Of a stretch of 45,370 nt of DNA, positions 35,881-44,783 are shown in pieces. The position numbers and the translations under genes are program-made. Each line of letters starts with the position of its first letter. The first letter of the stretch is position 1. This DNA comes from an uncultured bacterium. Lineage in GTDB: Bacteria > Patescibacteriota > Minisyncoccia > Phycocordibacterales > PALSA-1337. The notes below the pieces were generated by a model. The model searched no databases, was not told where the DNA came from, and saw only the letters and a program-made list of their open reading frames with translations. Location of the stretch: assembly GCA_903825415.1 (NCBI GenBank), contig CAIKAN010000014.1:1-45370 (forward strand). The letters run 5' to 3'.

Positions 35881-36954
35881 ATGACAACAACACAAAAAAC
35901 CTTTGATACTGCTACTATCAGTAAGCTCGATAAGTCTCGCGTAGAAGTCGTCGGTTCTATTCCAGCCGAGACTTGGGAGAGATTCAGGAGTGAAGCTATA
36001 AAGCATATAAATGGATCCGTGAAGATAGACGGTTTCCGCAATGGCATGGTTCCCGAAAGCGTCCTTATCGCCAAAGTCGGTGAGATGGCTATCCTCGAAG
36101 AGATGGCCGAGCTCGCTCTATCCAAAGCCTATCTCGATATCCTAATCGAGAATAAGATTGACGCTATCGGCCGCCCAGAAGTCCATATCACCAAGCTCGC
36201 CAAAGGAAACGCTTTGGAATTCAAGGCTATCACTTCCGTGACGCCAGAGGTCAAGCTTCCCGATTACAAGAAGATCGCAAGCGATGAGATCGCCAAGTCT
36301 CCAAAAGATGAAGAGAAAGTCACCGATCAAGATGTCGAAGATGCTATCCTCCGCATCCGCAAAGCCCACGCATCCCATGAGGGGCATGATCACGAGAAGA
36401 TGAGCACCGAGGAGCATGACAAAGCTATTATGGCCAATCTCCCTGAATTGACTGATGATTTCGTGAAGAAGCTGGGAGAGTTCAAGGATATACCTGATTT
36501 CAAGAATAAGCTCTCCTTGATGGTCGAGGAAGAGAAGCGCGACGCCGCTCGCGAGAAGAGGCGCATCCGCATCGCCGATGCCATTGTCGAAAAGGCTACT
36601 ATAGAATTACCAGAGGTCATGATTCAAAGTGAACTCGATCGAAGCGAGGCACAATTCAAGGCTGATATAGAGCGCATGGGAGTCAAGCTCGAGGATTATC
36701 TGAAGTACGCCAAGAAGTCTCTAGAAGAGATCCGCAAAGAATGGCAGCCTAGCGCCGAGAAGAAAGCCAAGCTTCAGCTGATATTGAACGAGATCGCCAA
36801 GGCGGAAAAGATCGCTCCAGAGCCGAAAGAAGTGCAGGAGGAAGTCGATCGTATCGTCGCTGTCTACAAAGATGCCGATCGCGAGCATGCCGCTGCTTAT
36901 GCAGAAACCGTTCTTACTAATGAGAAAGTCTTTCAGTGGTTGGAGAGGGCTTAG
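35881..36954 (+). CDS. tig: Trigger factor lacking the FKBP/PPIase domain
   Basis: IDGFRNGMVP ribosome-binding motif, LPDYKKI, then directly LPELTDDF and C domain. Confidence 0.9.
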   Translation: MTTTQKTFDTATISKLDKSRVEVVGSIPAETWERFRSEAIKHINGSVKIDGFRNGMVPESVLIAKVGEMAILEEMAELALSKAYLDILIENKIDAIGRPEVHITKLAKGNALEFKAITSVTPEVKLPDYKKIASDEIAKSPKDEEKVTDQDVEDAILRIRKAHASHEGHDHEKMSTEEHDKAIMANLPELTDDFVKKLGEFKDIPDFKNKLSLMVEEEKRDAAREKRRIRIADAIVEKATIELPEVMIQSELDRSEAQFKADIERMGVKLEDYLKYAKKSLEEIRKEWQPSAEKKAKLQLILNEIAKAEKIAPEPKEVQEEVDRIVAVYKDADREHAAAYAETVLTNEKVFQWLERA

Positions 36955-36963
36955 TAGTCTATT

Positions 36964-37056
36964 CCGAAGGTCCGACCTTCGGCAGCATACCTAGTTCAAA
37001 ACTAGGCAATGTTTTAGCTGTATTTTGAGGCTTCGGCGAAGGTCCGACCTTCGCCG
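36964..37056. repeat. Family E palindrome pair, intergenic (CGAAGGTCCGACCTTCG)
   Basis: 36964-36982 and 37034-37056. Confidence 0.9.
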
Positions 37057-37071
37057 TGAAATCTGCGGAAA

Positions 37072-37866
37072 TCAGAACACCACCTGCGAGAGGATAACGA
37101 CTACCGCTGTTTCAGCTCGCAAAACCTGGCTCCCTAGACAAATGACGGGTATTTTATTCTCGTGAAACAAACTTATCTCATCGGGAGACCAGCCTCCTTC
37201 TGGGCCTATGAAAACTGCTATCGGGAGGTCCGACCTCCCGAATTTCTGGAGGTCCGACCTCCAGGATACTCCCTCTGTGTGGAAAGCTATCGATTTGGTA
37301 TTTACCGGAATCAAATGACCGCTCGAATGTCCATCGGGTTCGATCTCTTTTGACTCGGTATCTGAATGAGCAGCGCTATTACCAAGCGAGGCACGATCGA
37401 CTATCAGTTCATTCAAGGAGATTATTCCATGAATGGTAGGCACACTCCCTCTCCCGCTCTGCTCGCTCGCTTCAAGAGCGATCTTTTTCAGGCGTTCCTC
37501 ATTCAAGGACTTCTTCTCGCTCCTTTCGGAAATGACGGGAATGATATGGGTCACGCCCAATTCTGTGGCTTTCTCCACTATCCATTCAAAGTTATCTTTT
37601 TTCACTATCGATGCGCATAGGTAGATATCTCGCGTTGGCATATATCGGCTCTTCATTGTTTCTTTGATAATGAAAGATGCCGAATCTTTTTGTAAGTCTA
37701 AGATAGAGCAGATGAAATCGTTTCCTGATCCATCGAACAAGACGACCTCATCGCCCTTCTTCAGACGGAAGACATGCGAAAGCTGATTCACCATATCTTT
37801 TCCTTGAATGGTGATCTCTTCGGTCACGCCTAGTTTTTCATTCACGAAGAAGCGGTGCAGACGCAT
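37072..37866 (-). CDS. rsmE: 16S rRNA m3U1498 methyltransferase
   Basis: HVFRL, EKATELGV, EASEQSGR, FIGPEGGW, LGSQVLRAETA. Confidence 0.95.
   Translation of the reverse strand: MRLHRFFVNEKLGVTEEITIQGKDMVNQLSHVFRLKKGDEVVLFDGSGNDFICSILDLQKDSASFIIKETMKSRYMPTRDIYLCASIVKKDNFEWIVEKATELGVTHIIPVISERSEKKSLNEERLKKIALEASEQSGRGSVPTIHGIISLNELIVDRASLGNSAAHSDTESKEIEPDGHSSGHLIPVNTKSIAFHTEGVSWRSDLQKFGRSDLPIAVFIGPEGGWSPDEISLFHENKIPVICLGSQVLRAETAVVVILSQVVF
37224..37262. repeat. Family E palindrome pair inside rsmE
   Basis: GGAGGTCCGACCTCC at 37224 and 37248. Confidence 0.9.
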
Positions 37867-37867
37867 T

Positions 37868-38452
37868 TTATTTCTTTGCAGAGGAGAGGACGTGATCGAC
37901 GATGCCGTATTTTTTGGAATCTTCTGCGCTCATGAAGAAATCGCGGTCGACATCTTTCTCGATCTTTGAGAGAGGCTGCCCTGTCGACTTGGTTAGCATC
38001 TTGTTGAGGTTCTCGCGGGACTTGATGATATGTTTGGCGCTGATCTCGATATCTGAAGCTTGGCCTTCGGTTCCTCCTGACGGCTGATGGATCATGACCT
38101 CTGAATTGGGCAGAGCATAGCGCTTCCCTTTCGTCCCTGAAGCCAAGATGACGGCGGCCATAGAAGCGGCAATCCCCACGCAATGAGTGGCGATATCATT
38201 CTTGATCAGATTCATGGTATCGATGATGGCGAGACCTGCGGTGATCATGCCTCCTGGCGAATTGATATACATATTTATCTCTTTCTTGGGGTCCTCGCTT
38301 TGCAAGAATAGGAGCTGGGCGATGATAAGATTGGCCATATGGTCATCTATGGGTCCGCCCAAGAAGACGATATTGTCTTTCAACAGGCGCGAGTATATGT
38401 CGTAGGCCCTCTCTCCGAAGCTGCTCTTTTCTATGACGGTTGGTATTAGCAT
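37868..38452 (-). CDS. clpP: Clp protease proteolytic subunit
   Basis: [31 protein letters not shown]; start ATG 38452. Confidence 0.98.
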   Translation of the reverse strand: MLIPTVIEKSSFGERAYDIYSRLLKDNIVFLGGPIDDHMANLIIAQLLFLQSEDPKKEINMYINSPGGMITAGLAIIDTMNLIKNDIATHCVGIAASMAAVILASGTKGKRYALPNSEVMIHQPSGGTEGQASDIEISAKHIIKSRENLNKMLTKSTGQPLSKIEKDVDRDFFMSAEDSKKYGIVDHVLSSAKK

Positions 38453-38564
38453 GATTGTGTCAGTTAATTGAATAGTATGAAAAGAGTCTAACACTGAAAT
38501 ATGAGGAAGTCAAAGAAAAAAGACGCATCGTTCAGATGCGGCTTTGAACTGACAGTGGCGATGG

Positions 38565-39005
38565 TTAGGTTTTCGGCGTCTCCCCCAGTTGCGTCGAAAC
38601 ATACTGAAGTAATCTGATTGCCCGTATCTTTTGATCAGACATGACCATTGAACAGAAATCGATTAAGGCTTGGAAATTAGGACTGTATCCCTCGATGATA
38701 AACTCCAGACCGGATGTCATTGGGGTATATTCCAATTTGACGATTGTACGTTCTTCCCCGAGTACAACGTACGCTTGGGTGACCATAAGAAGGCTGTTCA
38801 GGTTCTCGATGGCGCCGATAATCCTGAAGTTCGACCCTTGGGACATCGTCGGTTTTGGTAATCTACCTGTCGCTGCCAACACAAGAAACTCTGAACGGTT
38901 AGTATCTCCCCGAGCCTGTTCAATTGCCTGCAAGTCAGCTTTGCTCAAACTGATCGATATCTGCGTGGACGTATCTGCCCGTTGTGAATGACGGTTTTCG
39001 CTCAT
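38565..39005 (-). CDS. Orphan with N-terminal ribbon-helix-helix (CopG-like) domain
   Basis: QISISLSKADLQAIEQARG...NRSEFLVLA; promoter TTGACA-16-CATAAT; terminator at about 38516-38543. Confidence 0.65.
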   Translation of the reverse strand: MSENRHSQRADTSTQISISLSKADLQAIEQARGDTNRSEFLVLAATGRLPKPTMSQGSNFRIIGAIENLNSLLMVTQAYVVLGEERTIVKLEYTPMTSGLEFIIEGYSPNFQALIDFCSMVMSDQKIRAIRLLQYVSTQLGETPKT

Positions 39006-39123
39006 ATACAAGTGATTTGTTTCGGTTATTCTTCTTCAGATTATGCATGAATATTTTGATTTGTCAATTACTGGACAACTCCCCCTCCCATGTTATAAGA
39101 TGACATTGTTACCATTTAATTTT

Positions 39124-39238
39124 TGACACCGCTTTAAAGGACTAGTGACACCAAATTATTTATGAAACTTTCAGGAAATAGCACACGACAAAAGACTCAT
39201 AATAACCTTATTTCACCTTAGTTCTAGGAGCGGGTCAC
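39124..39238 (+). ncRNA. Structured RNA upstream of rny (possible reduced 6S-like RNA or cis leader)
   Basis: tgacaccgct/agcgggtca, ggactag/ttagttct, ttatttatga/tcataataa nested pairing. Confidence 0.35.
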
Positions 39239-39245
39239 ACCGCAT

Positions 39246-40775
39246 ATGTCATTAAAACTAGCAGCGCTCCTCCTCTCCATCGCAGGGGTGGTCGGAGTCG
39301 CCATAGGTTATTACCTGCGTTTGATCATCTCCCTCGGCAAGAAGGGCTCCATGGAGCTCGAGATCAAGGAGATGCTTTTGGCTGCCAAAGAAGAGGCCAA
39401 GAAGATCACGGCCGACACCGAAGCCAAGGCTGCCAAGATAGCCGAGGACACTAGGCATGAGATGAAAGAGAAAGAAGACAAGATCAGGCAGACGGAAGAT
39501 CGTTTGATCAAGAAAGAGGATTTCCTCGATAAGCGCCAAACCGATCTCGATAAGGAAGTCGAGCTGGTCAAAACGCGCGTATCAGAGATAAAGGCTATCC
39601 GTGAGCAGGCAGAGCGCCTTGAGAGCGACCGCAAGCTCGCTTTGGAAAAAGTGGCCAAGCTCTCTATGGAAGATGCCAAACAGGAAGTCATCAAGACGGC
39701 AGAGAAGAATTTCGAGGAAGATATCTTGGTGCGCATGAATAAGCTCGATACACAAGGTGAAGAGATGCTCGATAGGAAAGCTAGGGATATCCTAGCTGTT
39801 TCCATACAGCGCCTCGCTTCTTCCGTAGCATCTGATGTAATGTCTACCGTCGTCCCTATACCTAGCGATGATCTCAAGGGCAAGGTCATAGGCAAGGAAG
39901 GCAGGAATATCAAAGCCTTCGAACGCATCAGCGGAACAGAAGTCCTCGTGGATGATACACCTGGTGCCATCACAATCTCATCATTCGATCCAGTGCGCAG
40001 GCATGTCGCCAAGCTGGCTCTCGAAGAACTCATCAAGGACGGCCGTATCCAGCCTGCTCGCATCGAGCAAGTGGTTGAGAAGGCCAAGCAGGATATCAAC
40101 AAAGCTATCAAAGAGAAGGGAGAACAGGCTGCTTATGAATGCGGCATTCTCGGTTTGGATCCGAGGATACTTCTCATCCTTGGCCGCCTTCATTTCCGTA
40201 CTAGCTATGGCCAGAATGTCCTCCAGCACTCCATCGAAATGTCTCATATCGCCGGCATGCTCGCTGAGGAATTGGGAGCCAATGTTCAAGTCGCTAAGGC
40301 TGGAGCTCTGCTTCACGATATAGGCAAAGCCCTCGACCATGAAGTGGTCGGAACCCATGTCGAGATCGGCAGGCGTATTCTCCAGAAGTTCGGTGCTCCA
40401 GAGGAAGTCATCAAGGCTATGCAAAGCCATCATGAGGAGCATCCTTATGAGACTATCGAATCTCGCATCGTTCAGACCGCTGACGCCATTTCTGGAGCCC
40501 GCCCTGGTGCCCGTCGCGACAATATCGAGAATTATCTCAAGCGCCTGGGCGATCTAGAAGCTCTCGCCAATTCATTCTCTGGCATCGAGAAGTCCTATGC
40601 CCTTCAAGCTGGTCGTGAGATCCGTATCTTTGTGAAACCTGAAGAAATTGGCGATGTGGAAGCCAAGAATCTAGCTCGCGATATCGCTCTCAAGATCGAG
40701 AAAGACTTGAAATATCCTGGTGAGATCAAGGTTACTCTCATCAGAGAGACGAGGACTATAGAGTTTGCTAGGTAA
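39246..40775 (+). CDS. rny: Ribonuclease Y
   Basis: N-terminal TM, coiled coil, KGKVIGKEGRNI (KH), LLHDIGK (HD), RPGARR. Confidence 0.98.
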   Translation: MSLKLAALLLSIAGVVGVAIGYYLRLIISLGKKGSMELEIKEMLLAAKEEAKKITADTEAKAAKIAEDTRHEMKEKEDKIRQTEDRLIKKEDFLDKRQTDLDKEVELVKTRVSEIKAIREQAERLESDRKLALEKVAKLSMEDAKQEVIKTAEKNFEEDILVRMNKLDTQGEEMLDRKARDILAVSIQRLASSVASDVMSTVVPIPSDDLKGKVIGKEGRNIKAFERISGTEVLVDDTPGAITISSFDPVRRHVAKLALEELIKDGRIQPARIEQVVEKAKQDINKAIKEKGEQAAYECGILGLDPRILLILGRLHFRTSYGQNVLQHSIEMSHIAGMLAEELGANVQVAKAGALLHDIGKALDHEVVGTHVEIGRRILQKFGAPEEVIKAMQSHHEEHPYETIESRIVQTADAISGARPGARRDNIENYLKRLGDLEALANSFSGIEKSYALQAGREIRIFVKPEEIGDVEAKNLARDIALKIEKDLKYPGEIKVTLIRETRTIEFAR

Positions 40776-40782
40776 TTACTAA

Positions 40783-40937
40783 AAAGCCGGGCGGAATACC
40801 TTTTCTTTGTATCGGTTAAGGTCGCCCTGGTCAATTGCAACCGTATCTTGCCTTGCCAGAGGCGGCAAGATACGGGCAATTGTCAGCGGGCTCAGATCAC
40901 ATTAACCGATACAAAGAAAAGGTATTCCGCCCGGCTT
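40783..40937 (+). repeat. Family D palindromic element, copy 2 (36-bp perfect outer IR)
   Basis: aagccgggcggaataccttttctttgtatcggttaa and its exact reverse complement. Confidence 0.93.
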
Positions 40938-41097
40938 CCAATTCTTGCAAAAAGATATCAACAGTGACGTAATATGAGGGTCATTGCTTAAAATACGGCT
41001 TACTATATAATAATGAGCGTAGTTCGAAACTCGATCTGATTTCGCAGGTCAGCGAAAGAAGGGCCGAGACCATATTATTAACATTAAGTACACAATA

Positions 41098-41370
41098 ATG
41101 AACAAAGCAAATATTGCAGATGCAGTTCATGGAGTTCTCGGCGGAACCAAAGTTCAGGCTGAGCAGGCAGTTGAGACTATGATTAGCTCGATCGTTGATG
41201 CTCTCAAAAAGGGCGATGAGGTTTCTATCGCCGGTCTCGGTATCTTCTCAGTCAAGCAGCGTGCAGCTCGTGAAGCTCGCAATCCTCGCACCGGTGAGGC
41301 CATCAAGGTCTCGGCCATGAAGGTTCCGAAGTTCCGCGCCGCAAAGGCTCTCAAGGAGGCCGTTAAATAA
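41098..41370 (+). CDS. hup: DNA-binding protein HU
   Basis: MNKANI, GLGIF, ARNPRTGE, VPKFRAAKALKEAVK. Confidence 0.97.
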   Translation: MNKANIADAVHGVLGGTKVQAEQAVETMISSIVDALKKGDEVSIAGLGIFSVKQRAAREARNPRTGEAIKVSAMKVPKFRAAKALKEAVK

Positions 41371-41428
41371 CCCCTTTCTCTCTTACCTTTCCTGTGGAAA
41401 TGAGCAACTTCATTTCCTCTGCGAATCA

Positions 41429-41455
41429 CAAAAACCGCCCTAAAGGCGGTTTTTG
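41429..41455. terminator. Bidirectional terminator
   Basis: caaaaaccgcc-ctaaa-ggcggtttttg. Confidence 0.85.
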
Positions 41456-41543
41456 TTGTATTGGTGAGCCATAAATTGGTAGTTGATAACTTAGATTGTA
41501 TGAGTCATATATAGTGCTATCATTAAAGCGAAGGAGTTTTCTT

Positions 41544-41768
41544 ATGAGAAAAGATCTTTTTGACCTCACCTGTTCGCTGATTTTCGGCAGCATACCTTGG
41601 GCGATCGCATTCTTTGTTGCTCGTCCAGTCCTGCTGCGTGAATTCAGGACTGACCATCCGTTGTTCATCGTCACCTACGCCATGTTCTTCCTTGCCGTGT
41701 CATACGGGACCGGCCATTGGCTTGTGGAGCATCTGGCGGGCCAACACAGCAAAGAACGTCATGCGTGA
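41544..41768 (+). CDS. Small 2-TM orphan protein
   Basis: SD GAAGGAG, ATG 41544, terminator actaccctc/gagggtagt-ttttt at 41793-41826. Confidence 0.65.
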   Translation: MRKDLFDLTCSLIFGSIPWAIAFFVARPVLLREFRTDHPLFIVTYAMFFLAVSYGTGHWLVEHLAGQHSKERHA

Positions 41769-41946
41769 ACAATTGGCGTGCTTCTCTGATGACTACCCTC
41801 CTTCAATCTGTCGAGGGTAGTTTTTTGTAGGTGATCTCTGTAATCACTGGGTGAGTTCTAATTACAAAAAAGCACACGTTATGGTTAAACGTGTGCGATT
41901 GCGTTGGTTTGATGGATTGGATCCTTCTTTTGAATGGTGCTGAGCA

Positions 41947-42420
41947 CTACTTATTTGGAGTATAGTAGTTCTCGAAGTTTGGCGGTATATTCGGCCAACC
42001 ATTTGCTATAATCACTTGATTAGTCATCGTTGCTCCTCTGGCAAATATCAAGCAACGATATATCCCAGATTTTTCAGCTACTGTGTAGGCTTCCCAAATA
42101 GGATAGCCGCTAAACCGGATTGAGTAGCCGTTGGCTAACGCCGTGTTTGTGGTAGAGATGACGCGGACGACTTCATCCCGCATAAACTTCACACAGTAGT
42201 CGTTAGCTCCAAATTCGAACGCCTCCGATGGTTTCGCTTTCAACCAGACACAACCAGTGATGGCATCAAACTCTAAACTGATCGCGTGCCTGTTGAAGTT
42301 TGTGTAAGTTACGCTCAACGTCTTTCCTTTAGGAAATGCGGGTTCAGGGAACTTGAACATATTGTTTTGCGCGCAAGCCATGAAGGTGAAGAAATAGGTA
42401 AGTGCAAAGATCGTTTTCAT
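41947..42420 (-). CDS. Secreted/lipoprotein-like orphan
   Basis: MKTIFALTYFFTFMAC leader; terminator at about 41865-41897 on minus strand. Confidence 0.7.
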   Translation of the reverse strand: MKTIFALTYFFTFMACAQNNMFKFPEPAFPKGKTLSVTYTNFNRHAISLEFDAITGCVWLKAKPSEAFEFGANDYCVKFMRDEVVRVISTTNTALANGYSIRFSGYPIWEAYTVAEKSGIYRCLIFARGATMTNQVIIANGWPNIPPNFENYYTPNK

Positions 42421-42619
42421 AATTTCTCATTTTGCAGATTGATTATTGCTTGATTACTTCACCAAATGGTTTTTCGTCATAGCAGAGAATAGCTCAATGA
42501 ATGAGCTCCTTTCTGCTATGACGGATCAACATATATTTTCAAAGATCTTACCGGCTATCTGTCAATATTATTATACACAATGCCAATAATGTCAAAATAT
42601 CCTTATAAATCATACAAAT

Positions 42620-42638
42620 AGTAAACAAAGTGTTTACT
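42620..42638. promoter_or_regulatory. Palindromic operator candidate
   Basis: AGTAAAC-aaagt-GTTTACT between divergent genes, upstream of a wHTH protein. Confidence 0.55.
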
Positions 42639-42667
42639 TTAGCCTACCCTTTTGATATCATATTTAT

Positions 42668-43519
42668 GTGAATATCATCAAACCAAGCTCCATAGAAGAT
42701 CTCATCATTATGCTTCTGCAGAAAAGCTCTATGCCTATAGTTAAACTCATCGAGGCCATTGATAAAGAGCGTTCTGGAACGACCAAACAAGGCGTTTACA
42801 ATATGATCAGAAAGCTGAAGAGGCAGGAGATCGTGGTGGTACATAACAAAAGCATCAGCTTGAGCGGTGTTTGGCTATCAGCCATGGAAGAATTCTTCGC
42901 TCAAGCTAGAAATATCACCAAGAGCGGCAGGATGTCGAGCGATTCATTCCTGAATCTCGCTCAAGGCGAAAAGATCCAGTACTATTTCCGGGATCCCATA
43001 CTCACCGATGCATTCTGGTCCCACATATTCATAACTCTAGTCGATGTCTCGGCTCCAAAGACTCCTGTATTGATTTATAACCCTCATGAATGGTTCCTGC
43101 TTGTCAGAACGGACAATGAGGTGGATCTATTCAAGCGCATTCACAATAGAGGCCAGCAATTAGCCGTGCTTGCGGGCAATGCCACAGCCCTCGATAAGTC
43201 GGCTCGTTCATTCCTGAAAGATTCAAATGCTATGTATGAGACGCTCGCCAAACCGCTTTTTCCAAAGAATAATTATTATGTGAATATAATCGCTGATTTT
43301 GTCATCGAAGTCTGGATCGATCAGAAGATAAGCATTCAATTAGACGAATTCTATAAGCAGAGTAAGGTCTTTAATGATGCAGATAAGCAGAGGCTGGAAC
43401 AGATCTTGATGCAAAAAGGCCGAAACAGGTTTTCTATAACCCATAATAAGAGAAAAGCGGATGCTTTAAGGAAAAAGATAGGAAAATACTTCTTTCTTCA
43501 TCGGGAAAGCGATAAATAG
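42668..43519 (+). CDS. Winged-helix DNA-binding protein with unknown C-terminal domain
   Basis: TTKQGVYNMIRKLKRQEIVVV wHTH pattern. Confidence 0.75.
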   Translation: MNIIKPSSIEDLIIMLLQKSSMPIVKLIEAIDKERSGTTKQGVYNMIRKLKRQEIVVVHNKSISLSGVWLSAMEEFFAQARNITKSGRMSSDSFLNLAQGEKIQYYFRDPILTDAFWSHIFITLVDVSAPKTPVLIYNPHEWFLLVRTDNEVDLFKRIHNRGQQLAVLAGNATALDKSARSFLKDSNAMYETLAKPLFPKNNYYVNIIADFVIEVWIDQKISIQLDEFYKQSKVFNDADKQRLEQILMQKGRNRFSITHNKRKADALRKKIGKYFFLHRESDK

Positions 43520-43555
43520 TTACATATCTAAACTGCTTCAATCCCTACAATTATT

Positions 43556-44248
43556 CTACTGCTGACCAATGCTAATTCCCCGCACGAAATCATTCACTTT
43601 TGTAGCGTATTTATCGTAATTCGCTTTGCTCGCTGAAAAATCAACGCGCACGGTCTGGTATTTTCCATCAAAGAAGAATGTCTCCGAGATCGTATCTCCG
43701 ACCGCTCGCTCGATATGATACATCTGCAAATCGCCGCTCTTATTCGGAATGATTTCGGTTGCGATGAGCCCATCCTTCATTTTCTGTCCGATCTCGTAGT
43801 AGATCTGGGCATTATATGATTCAGTGCTAGTGGATACAGCGATCGCGATGCTGGAGAAGTCTACATGTTTAGTCTGTTGATTTGGTGATAGCACGATGCT
43901 TTGGCCTCCTGGAACTCCTTTGGTCTGCCAATGCTGTAGCGCCCAACCTGGAACATTGAGAGAGAAAGCTCCATAAGCAAAATAACCTACCGTATTGCTC
44001 TCAGATTTTACAGGTGTGAAATCGAAGGCGTCAGTTCCACCGCTGTCCGTAACGTCGATCTTTGGAACATTCACCACTGTCGATGTGGTCGAGCTAGAGA
44101 GCGGGCTAGTTGTGGCTTCATGGAAACTATAGGCGTCTATCGGCTGGGACCCATCCTGGCCTTTTCTAGATCCGAATAAATCTATGCATACCACCACTAT
44201 AATGATCGCTAGTAATATTGATAATAGTTTTATTGTTGTTTTATTCAT
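43556..44248 (-). CDS. Membrane-anchored exported protein
   Basis: N-terminal TM, S/T linker, globular domain. Confidence 0.75.
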   Translation of the reverse strand: MNKTTIKLLSILLAIIIVVVCIDLFGSRKGQDGSQPIDAYSFHEATTSPLSSSTTSTVVNVPKIDVTDSGGTDAFDFTPVKSESNTVGYFAYGAFSLNVPGWALQHWQTKGVPGGQSIVLSPNQQTKHVDFSSIAIAVSTSTESYNAQIYYEIGQKMKDGLIATEIIPNKSGDLQMYHIERAVGDTISETFFFDGKYQTVRVDFSASKANYDKYATKVNDFVRGISIGQQ

Positions 44249-44252
44249 GGTG

Positions 44253-44323
44253 TGCGGGATGCGAGAATCGAACTCGCGACCACAGTTTGGAAAACTGTTA
44301 TTATACCATTTAACTAATCCCGC
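44253..44323 (-). tRNA. tRNA-Gly(TCC)
   Basis: GCGGGAT acceptor, ACAGT-TTTCCAA-ACTGT anticodon arm, GTTCGATTC T-loop; no encoded CCA. Confidence 0.95.
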
Positions 44324-44360
44324 ATTGTCACGCTGTAGATTTCTATACTAGCAGATATCA

Positions 44361-44777
44361 TCACTTTTTCTCAACTGCCTCTTTGATCTCATCGACTTCT
44401 TTCTTGATATCTTTGATCGCAGAGCGGATCTCCCCTATCTGGCCACTTTCTTCCCGGATCTCCTTCTCAGTCTTCTCTGTCGTTTTCTTCTCTTGTTTTA
44501 AGCCGCTCAAAATGACTGTATCTCCAATGAAATAAGATACAAAAAGTCCAGAAGCTAGAAGGATGGCCAACATAATGATGAGGTTGGTCGGTTCGTAGAA
44601 TATCCAGCCAAGCCAACCTCCCTGCCCTTGTAGTATGTCGGCCGTGTGCCAAACCCCTCGCCAGAACAACACTATAGCTATGGCGCCAACAAGCGTGTAC
44701 AGAATAGGATAGCGGCTCAAATGCGCGCGAATGTAGTCCTCAAGCTTATCGAAGAAATTCAGGATGTTTTTGAACAT
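44361..44777 (-). CDS. Conserved 2-TM hypothetical protein with coiled-coil tail
   Basis: FFDKLED...IVLFWRGVWH; start ATG 44777 (the upstream extension lies in element C). Confidence 0.8.
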   Translation of the reverse strand: MFKNILNFFDKLEDYIRAHLSRYPILYTLVGAIAIVLFWRGVWHTADILQGQGGWLGWIFYEPTNLIIMLAILLASGLFVSYFIGDTVILSGLKQEKKTTEKTEKEIREESGQIGEIRSAIKDIKKEVDEIKEAVEKK

Positions 44778-44783
44778 TTTAAT

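Noticed and set aside
41015-41072. SRP RNA or riboswitch upstream of HU
   Set aside because: GCAGGTCAGCGAAAG only superficially resembles the SRP motif; no supporting long stem
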